Shown here piece after piece: positions 58,001-64,000 of a DNA stretch of 64,000 bases; the first letter of the stretch is position 1, and each line of letters starts with the position of its first letter. The position numbers and the translations under genes are program-made. Below the pieces are notes generated by a model. The model ran no database searches. It worked only from the letters and a program-made list of their open reading frames with translations, and was not told where the DNA came from. This DNA comes from a virus (lineage: Duplodnaviria > Caudoviricetes): IMG/VR virus record IMGVR_UViG_3300021387_000189, positions 30,698-94,697 of that record. One strand, 5' to 3'.

Positions 58001-61000
58001 AGGTGCTGCTACAAGCTCAGTGCAGTTTGCAAACACACCATATGGGAATCTTGCATTAGCTGATGGATTGTTGTCACTCTCATACTTAGCATATGTCTTC
58101 ACCACAAAGTTGTTAGCAGAGACAAATGTTCCAAAGTCTGTATCTGCACTGTCTGTTCCATTCTGCAAAGGAGAAATCTCTTTCAAAGATCCAGCAATCC
58201 TCTGGAACATGTCATCGGTCAAGACAAAGTATCCATATCCGTCAGATGTGTATTCTCCATTCTCTAAGAATGTCACTTTAGTGCTCATCACAAATGAGCT
58301 GAGGATCTTCTCAACTTTGCTTGGGAACAGTGTAGGATACTTAGTCCTCAGCACTTTAGCACCAGCAAACAAGTCTACTATGACTGAGCCTGGTTCTACA
58401 ATCATGTTGAATGATCCTTCAATTGAAGTCACTTCAGTGTTGTACATGAGCATCTCATTGTAAGTAGCTCCATTGTAGAACTTGTTGTCAAATGTCACAT
58501 TGATAGAGTTGAATGAGTTCTTGATCTTCTCTGCTCTCTTGAATGGAGCTGCAATCTTGCTTGCTAAGAAGTAAGTCTCTTCAACATCTACATAGCCATC
58601 TATGGCACATGTGATCTTTGTAGCACCATTGTAGACACCATCTGTGTCTTTGATTGCTTCAAAACACCCTTGATATGTCTTAGAAGAGTCATAGTACAAT
58701 GGGACATTGTCTTCTGCAGGCGGAGTCCAGAACACATAGTCATCATAAAGTCTCAGATTCCATCCAATGAGACCAATGTTAGTGCACTTCTGTGCAAGAG
58801 GCGTCACTGTTCCAATGAATGTCTCAAAGTTCTTGTCTGCACTGATGCTTGCATACCTGTTGTAGTCTGGAGAATACACAACTCCAGTCATGCTGCTTGC
58901 ACCGCTGAACATGTTCTTCACATTTGTCAGAGTGTACAAGTGCTTGAACAAGTATCTAGAAGGAGATGTGTCTACAATCTCTCCTGTCTCTTCATCTTTG
59001 TAGCAAGAAGTAGCAATGTTGATACAAGAGTTGAATGTTGACTCCATAGAGACTACGTTCTGATGAGACTTGTTGTACATGTTGATCAGCAACATGATGT
59101 AGTACAAGTCATTAGAAGATATAGCAGTTGACCTGAATGTCCTGTTGAAAGTAGTTGTTCCTTCATTTACTAGCAGCCTAGTAGCAGGGACTATTCCTTG
59201 CACTGGCTCTGCAATGCTAGGATCAATGTCATGCATCAAGTCCTCCATCTGAGAGAGGAACATCTCATACTCAGAGTCAGACTTAGAGTTGATAGCTTTC
59301 TCAAACAAGACTTTTATCTGGTTGTCTGTGCTTGAGATTGAGTTCCACTCACTTATGTAGAAGCTTGACAGTCCTCTGTCGAAAGTCTCAGCGCCAAACC
59401 CAATGTATCCAAACACTCTCTTGAGATTGTTGACCCTCTGCAGAGACATGTTAGAGATTGGGTTGCTAGTGTCAAACTTGTAAGCAATGTACTCTACATA
59501 CTGACAGTCTTGCAAGAATATAGAAGACACTTTGTTGAACACTGCAAGGTTGAGGATGATTCCTCCTTGTGGTGCAACATGGTCAATGATGTATGTTGTT
59601 CCAGAAGTGTTCTTGCCTTCTAAGTAGTCAGCATAGTCTATAGTGTAGATCTCAGGATACTTCTCTGAGTCTCCCTTGTTGCCTCTGTAAGCAACTAAAG
59701 CTCCCTTGCCTTTACCATACAGGAATGCTGGGAAGTTGACACCTGTGAGAGAAATAGAGAACCCTTCATCACTGTTGTAGATCTCTGCACTTGACTTGTC
59801 TCCCTTGTCATCATAGTACTGAGGGAGTATAGGCATGTTAGTAGACGTGATGCTTGCAAGAGACAAAGCAGAAAGTCCAGTTGCGCCACTCAGGTCAAGG
59901 ACAAAGCTTGGGTTTGTGACATGGTCAACATTCACATTCTTCAACCCACTGCAATTGCCAGTGAATGAGATAGAAGTCATCACATTCTGGAATGAGCTCT
60001 CTCCATCTCTAGTGTCACCGGTTCCAGAGTAAGAGAATGTCCTGAATGACTGACAGTTGTGGACTGATATCCTGCTTAGAGACACATTCTTGCCAAATGC
60101 TAGCCCTTCAAGCCTTGGGCAGTTCTCTATCTCTACTGCTGTGATGTTTGGACATCCTGAGATGCTGACGACTCCTTCAAGAGAAGTCATGTTCCTGATA
60201 GACAAGACACCATTCATCTTAGAACAGTCTGCAAGTGACAGAGTCTGCAAGTTACCTCCTTCTGGAAGAGTGACACCAGCTATGTCTGAGTTGTCAAGCC
60301 TCAATACTTGCAGCTTCTTCAACATAGACAAGTCTACACGCTCAATAGTACTCATAGAGCGAGTGTGGAAGTTGCTCAAGTCAAGAGTCCTAAGCTCTTG
60401 AGCTGACGACAGAGAGAAGTCAGCACTAGATCCGGACTCAACAGAGTCTTGTCCAGACAAGTCAAGGCCTAGCAGATTCCACTTCTGGTTGAACTGTGTG
60501 AATCTCAAGTCTTTCAAGTTGTCCCATCTAGATATGCACTCAACATTGTTTATGTTGATTGAGTACTGTCCATCATTCTTAGACATCCTCAAGAACTCAG
60601 GTATTCCATCACGAAGCAAGTACCTGTATTGCTTGTTAGAGATTGTGATGATGAGTACAACTGTAGAGTTAGATGTTATAGTGAACTGGTAGTTTCCTAC
60701 TTTAGAAGCCTCTGACTTAGTTGAGAGCTCATGCATGTAGTTAGAGACCCAGTTGCCTTCAGAGTCTTTCTTAGATCCAAGTGCTATGACATCAGTGTCA
60801 TCTGCATTGAAGTAGTTCACATTGCCTTGAGCTGCCCACTCAAACTCTGGGACTTCTCCAGTGTTGTCAGAGTTAGATGGCTTGTACATCCTGCCAAGGT
60901 TGAACACTGAGTCAAGGAAGTTGATACGCTTCTTCATCCAGTGTCTCACATAGTTGTCACGACGACCATGACAGAACTTCATGTCATCATATGTCATCTC

Positions 61001-64000
61001 TGCTGTTGCAGAGTCAGCCTTCACATAAGGAGTCTGGTATTTCTCTTTGTAGTCAAGGTTGAATATGAACTCACCAACATCTTCATTGTGTCCAAGGAAG
61101 TAGTTGTCTATGAACTCATTGATGTCACTCAAGAACTTCCCTCTCAATATAGCATACTGTCCTATTGGAGCCCACGCCATGACAACATCAGAGTCATATG
61201 AGTTCAAGCCTGCAGCAATATCTGGCATGAACCTGATCAAGTGCCACAAGTGAGAGTCTATGATGTCAAATATCACATTGTCTGGGATAGGTGGCTGAGG
61301 ATCATTGATGCCATATGTTGCTATGACTTTTCCTCCTTCTGCTGGATTCTTGTCATACCAGTTGTAGACTTGCTCTCCATGATCATTCCACGAGATTGTA
61401 CGGTCTGTGTATGGATATGACTCTGTGAACACCTTCAGCTGGACACCTGTAGCAGAGTTTGTGTTAGTGTTAGAGTTTATCCAGTAGTCTACATATGCAG
61501 TTGGATCTACTTTCTCTAGACCAGCGTTGTCAAGTCCAAGCGCAGTATCCATATCATAGAATGCTGGAACAAATGTACCATTGTTGCCATCAGTCAAGTT
61601 CCAAGACCTCAAGGTCAAGTTCTTTCCAAGAGAGTCAATCATACCAAACAGTACGGCCACAACAAAGTATCTAGAGAATGATCCATAGTGGATGATAGTC
61701 TCTGGATGCTGCGACATCAGTGGAGCTCTGTCTACTGATGGAGTGTATGTAGAGTCACCATCATTGACTGTGAAGTTGACAGCAAGCTTGCCAAGTGCTT
61801 GCTTGTCTGGTATACGTCCAGAGACATAGTTTCCATCTTTGTCAAATGTCATTCCAGTGACGCCTTCAAGAAGCTGCAGGCCTTCATACCACTTGCACTG
61901 GTCTTTGACATATCCACTCTGCTGAGTGAGCGATATTCCGCCTGTTGATGGATTCCTCCAAATCTCAAGTGGACCTATGTCTGCACCATTCAATCCATAG
62001 TAGTACTCAGGCACATGAGACTTGCCGCCAAGTGTATCTCCATCACAGTATCCAAGTGTACGAACCAAAGTCTTAAGACGATTGTATCCTAAGTCAGAGT
62101 TGCCATTAGATGTCCACTTGAGGTCCCAGACTTTCCTCATCAAGTCTATGTTAGGCTGCTGGAGTCCGGCTGCTTCACTTGGAGTGTTTGTTGTACACTC
62201 AAATGAGAATATGTTAGTGTTCTGAGTCTCAGGCATCTTGTATCTCTTGACAAACGATGCATGATCTACTCTAGACACATCAGTCCATCCATTAGTGTCA
62301 TCGTCAGATGCAGAGCTAGCACCTTGCTCAAGCTCATACTTCTCAATCTTCTTGAATCCTAAGTTGAAGTAAGAGCCACGACCTAAGTTGAATGAGTAGA
62401 TGCCAAGGAACTGATATCCAGAGATGTTCTGTGATATGCCATGCCCCCAGTCAACAAAGACAAGCACTGGGAATCCTTCAAGTGTAGACTTGATCTTGTC
62501 TCTGTACAAGTTTGTCTCATCTTGCTGAGCTGGGTTCAGAGGCATGAAGCTGCTTCTGTTGATCCAACGTCCAATAGCAGCATTGTTAGCATGAGCAGAG
62601 TCCATCACGTCTGCCTTCAGAGTGAATCTGTTCTCTGGGAGCCAGTTCTGTGGATCTGGAGTGAACAGTATGTGAGAGTTGTTTCTCTTGTCAAGGTCTC
62701 CTGAAGCAACATCGTCATTCTCAAAGCAAAGCTCTATGTTCTTAGAGCGATATGCCTGAGTTGATGTACCTTGCATGTACCATGCCACATTGTGAGGAGC
62801 AGTGATCACAGCTTCATAGTTAGTGTCATAGTACTCAAACTTTCCTTCAAAGCAGCTTGTGAATGATCCAGAGTTCTCACCTGCTGAGATATACCCATTG
62901 TTCACTGCTGCCGTTGCTTCGTTGTATGTTGCATAGAACAAGTCTGAAGACTTGCCAAAGTTCTCATTAGTTCCTGGAGGGCTGAGCAAGATGACAGGCA
63001 TTGGACGATACATCTCAGTCTTCACTTCACCAGTCACAGAGTCTACAACCTCTTTAGAGATCCACTTCTTCATGGCTTCAAAGAGGTTCTCTCCACTAGC
63101 AGCTTTGTGACCAATGTAGTTACCATTCATGTCTGTACCAGCTGTGTAGTCCCAGAGCACAGAAGCCCAGTCATCATCAAAGTAGTTCCTCTTCAGAGCT
63201 GGGTTGATGACATTATCCCAATCTACACCTCCATCAGCGCCTTTGTTTCCTGTAGAGTAAGATATAAGCCAGTTCTTCAAGACTTCATAGTCGCTCAAGC
63301 TCTGCTTGTAGAACCTTATTCCATAGAAGTCTACATCTGTGAAGTCTGTGAAGTTGCTCTTGCAACCAAATGTGATACCATTCTCAAGTGCAGGGCCTTC
63401 AAACCTTATGCCGGTAGAAGTCTCTGGTATAGTAAGAGATGTGATTCCTGTACAAATACCATTGACATATATCTTTGCAATTCCTGTGAGCACTCCACTA
63501 GTCTTTGTTGTCTCAAACACAAAGTCAAGCTGAGTGAAAGTGTTCTGGATAAGTGTTACCTGAGCTACTTCAGTAGATGACTCATTGCCTATACGGAATG
63601 AAGCCTCTTCAAGAGTGACTTCGATACCCATTGTCATGTTAGTATCTGAGTCATAGTCACACATTGAGAATATAGTTCCTTCTGCATTTGGATGCCAGTC
63701 ACTGTTGAACACAAGCTCTACTGTGTAGCCAGACTTCATTGAAGAAGACTTCCATCCTCTCTTTATTGAGTCAGATGATATTGAAGTAGCTGTTGAGTTG
63801 AAGAACTTGTAGAAGTCTTCAGGCTTTATTTGTCCATAAGACTTTCCAGAGAATCTCAGTACATTGTAGCTATTAGACACAGGAGACCCACTAGAGTCTT
63901 TGAGAACTTTAGAAGACACATATGACCTTCTGCTCACAGAGACAATTCCAGAGTTTGCTCCATTGATGTTGAACAAGTGCATTGGGATAGTTATCCTTGG
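55061..64000 (-). CDS. Giant (>2973 aa, 5'-truncated) tail/receptor-binding-type protein: LamG-like + CotH-kinase-like + LRR domains
   Basis: Frame stays open to the window edge. YTVELVF/KIYVNG/FYGIRFY (LamG); QGTST.AY..KN, FTLKAD.MDS.HANN, GIYSFNLG, DSLGKN, FYDMDTALG (CotH-like); LRTLDLS-type LRRs; MF..C repeats. Confidence 0.7.
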   Translation of the reverse strand, partial: PRITIPMHLFNINGANSGIVSVSRRSYVSSKVLKDSSGSPVSNSYNVLRFSGKSYGQIKPEDFYKFFNSTATSISSDSIKRGWKSSSMKSGYTVELVFNSDWHPNAEGTIFSMCDYDSDTNMTMGIEVTLEEASFRIGNESSTEVAQVTLIQNTFTQLDFVFETTKTSGVLTGIAKIYVNGICTGITSLTIPETSTGIRFEGPALENGITFGCKSNFTDFTDVDFYGIRFYKQSLSDYEVLKNWLISYSTGNKGADGGVDWDNVINPALKRNYFDDDWASVLWDYTAGTDMNGNYIGHKAASGENLFEAMKKWISKEVVDSVTGEVKTEMYRPMPVILLSPPGTNENFGKSSDLFYATYNEATAAVNNGYISAGENSGSFTSCFEGKFEYYDTNYEAVITAPHNVAWYMQGTSTQAYRSKNIELCFENDDVASGDLDKRNNSHILFTPDPQNWLPENRFTLKADVMDSAHANNAAIGRWINRSSFMPLNPAQQDETNLYRDKIKSTLEGFPVLVFVDWGHGISQNISGYQFLGIYSFNLGRGSYFNLGFKKIEKYELEQGASSASDDDTNGWTDVSRVDHASFVKRYKMPETQNTNIFSFECTTNTPSEAAGLQQPNIDLMRKVWDLKWTSNGNSDLGYNRLKTLVRTLGYCDGDTLGGKSHVPEYYYGLNGADIGPLEIWRNPSTGGISLTQQSGYVKDQCKWYEGLQLLEGVTGMTFDKDGNYVSGRIPDKQALGKLAVNFTVNDGDSTYTPSVDRAPLMSQHPETIIHYGSFSRYFVVAVLFGMIDSLGKNLTLRSWNLTDGNNGTFVPAFYDMDTALGLDNAGLEKVDPTAYVDYWINSNTNTNSATGVQLKVFTESYPYTDRTISWNDHGEQVYNWYDKNPAEGGKVIATYGINDPQPPIPDNVIFDIIDSHLWHLIRFMPDIAAGLNSYDSDVVMAWAPIGQYAILRGKFLSDINEFIDNYFLGHNEDVGEFIFNLDYKEKYQTPYVKADSATAEMTYDDMKFCHGRRDNYVRHWMKKRINFLDSVFNLGRMYKPSNSDNTGEVPEFEWAAQGNVNYFNADDTDVIALGSKKDSEGNWVSNYMHELSTKSEASKVGNYQFTITSNSTVVLIITISNKQYRYLLRDGIPEFLRMSKNDGQYSININNVECISRWDNLKDLRFTQFNQKWNLLGLDLSGQDSVESGSSADFSLSSAQELRTLDLSNFHTRSMSTIERVDLSMLKKLQVLRLDNSDIAGVTLPEGGNLQTLSLADCSKMNGVLSIRNMTSLEGVVSISGCPNITAVEIENCPRLEGLAFGKNVSLSRISVHNCQSFRTFSYSGTGDTRDGESSFQNVMTSISFTGNCSGLKNVNVDHVTNPSFVLDLSGATGLSALSLASITSTNMPILPQYYDDKGDKSSAEIYNSDEGFSISLTGVNFPAFLYGKGKGALVAYRGNKGDSEKYPEIYTIDYADYLEGKNTSGTTYIIDHVAPQGGIILNLAVFNKVSSIFLQDCQYVEYIAYKFDTSNPISNMSLQRVNNLKRVFGYIGFGAETFDRGLSSFYISEWNSISSTDNQIKVLFEKAINSKSDSEYEMFLSQMEDLMHDIDPSIAEPVQGIVPATRLLVNEGTTTFNRTFRSTAISSNDLYYIMLLINMYNKSHQNVVSMESTFNSCINIATSCYKDEETGEIVDTSPSRYLFKHLYTLTNVKNMFSGASSMTGVVYSPDYNRYASISADKNFETFIGTVTPLAQKCTNIGLIGWNLRLYDDYVFWTPPAEDNVPLYYDSSKTYQGCFEAIKDTDGVYNGATKITCAIDGYVDVEETYFLASKIAAPFKRAEKIKNSFNSINVTFDNKFYNGATYNEMLMYNTEVTSIEGSFNMIVEPGSVIVDLFAGAKVLRTKYPTLFPSKVEKILSSFVMSTKVTFLENGEYTSDGYGYFVLTDDMFQRIAGSLKEISPLQNGTDSADTDFGTFVSANNFVVKTYAKYESDNNPSANARFPYGVFANCTELVAAPAFFAGLDLSHFVNMTSEFSELTYTKFTDEWSPIERNGTDPLNVTIPNYYESKPYVEKVGMNGVVEHSARTKMFKDCIKLVNLSSIFRNMIPPYESYSGQTIPGGFVLVQDGFAGLTALEDLSNAFRNNHYFRGSVPLRLLYTGDTTVKKTCVGTDNETAAKYGLVGMNIDGTSFAGVSSTATVKAMIDDQGTLNLGSTYKGLLAEARAPYGGYYYVPDDYATENVYVISYASESALRYNMFDTVEGDDGRLYPAFVRYDDSNPFHKKLKRYRRENTYEWYQKLNAVEETISTSSVEVDVNTRAKNIKNVQHMFSGNDAAGFLKLRYTDNPTGLLASTLAYSQETFDLSQQYKLNAYDMTEYLTANGKYINKSLFRENPNYNPWTFIPNSKLDRNLRKRVLWADVTDEAKVWRLVYRNAISGYPDPTQPELETVKSALSGKLSGSTDTNIASWIAAAFAAAKSANTSIYDYPQLKGVECYLPNYDYDPRVVVINENLNKTTFNDLVYDGVNASGLVNSIVKDSSAYILNGIVGGRAYPSSISNSAKEGIVKRQIPASWTNPRVVVEDPYISTGIDSSEVAGLGITYQNGDYYGTVSTFELEFLNHIKAEKRYFVPSDILSYVSKTANVKYAFSEMTFQPARISDSKYSMKFFEGTRANPGSQFWKDLYDVSTSIPYYPEGNLYTGIPGKVSPMMFQDASTFTSIEGMFYKNPQLFPYSWSGKVGEVTVMGDLFDIDTFKPLENMTDSYLLWANNIVPRNVRIAPDTFKNNKKLYYGDYMFAGTTWYGYDNDDTQVGHQVQEGMFDSQQFIVANSMFTSVLNYTAPQYATGADISPVQLITQSPQGYNDGEREAPGSRGLRYVPENLFDNSRDSLRQASNLFFFDQALTNYPALYWYKYFSPLSQDSNFGTTIWSRRLFHAAYFLNDGKMNSEDYNNLGSGGPWQLQKVDPNDETTLVGSKRNYVSYFANGWDSKVGNATI

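Noticed and set aside
1-64000. Stop-codon reassignment (TAG to Gln) as in Lak-type phages
   Set aside because: ORFs of 1600-2900 aa are uninterrupted in the standard code, and TAG falls at natural C-termini (e.g. TPM protein GGSW-TAG, UvsX).
1-64000. tRNA or rRNA genes
   Set aside because: No cloverleaf or T-loop signature recognised in the short intergenic gaps; tRNAscan-SE would be needed to exclude them.

Overview
A 64 kb segment of a large, AT-rich, T4-related (jumbo-type) tailed phage genome read in the standard genetic code. Recurrent TAnnTTTG promoters point to a Bacteroidota host (inference). Core genes: gp4-like head completion nuclease, tape-measure-like protein, UvsX, gp32-like SSB, gp61-like primase, UvsY, gp26/gp51-like baseplate factors, a 1643-aa structural protein and a >2970-aa LamG/CotH-kinase/LRR protein cut by the window edge. 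Accessory genes: HD hydrolases, metallophosphoesterase, NrdG, RNA ligase, GH24 lysozyme, PI-PLC, UDG-like protein, LemA, TPM, Cys phosphatase, GT2 and BspA-type LRR proteins. The main finding is a short peptide tag, (KVNALEW...)[LIV]xE-x(3-4)-[LI]GL[SGA]xx[VI]x[KR]x[YF], present 10 times in 5 dispersed genes that all lie downstream of the late-promoter motif. It separates otherwise unrelated cargo domains and resembles a prohead-protease site followed by a shared packaging or ejection signal, which would make these modular virion-delivered polyproteins. Three promoter classes can be read from the sequence: host-like TAnnTTTG with a phased GTTAA-N5-GTTAA box, AAAC-N16/17-TATATAA, and late ATAAATA. 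There are also two candidate +1 frameshift junctions. All calls come from motif recognition by eye; no searches were run.
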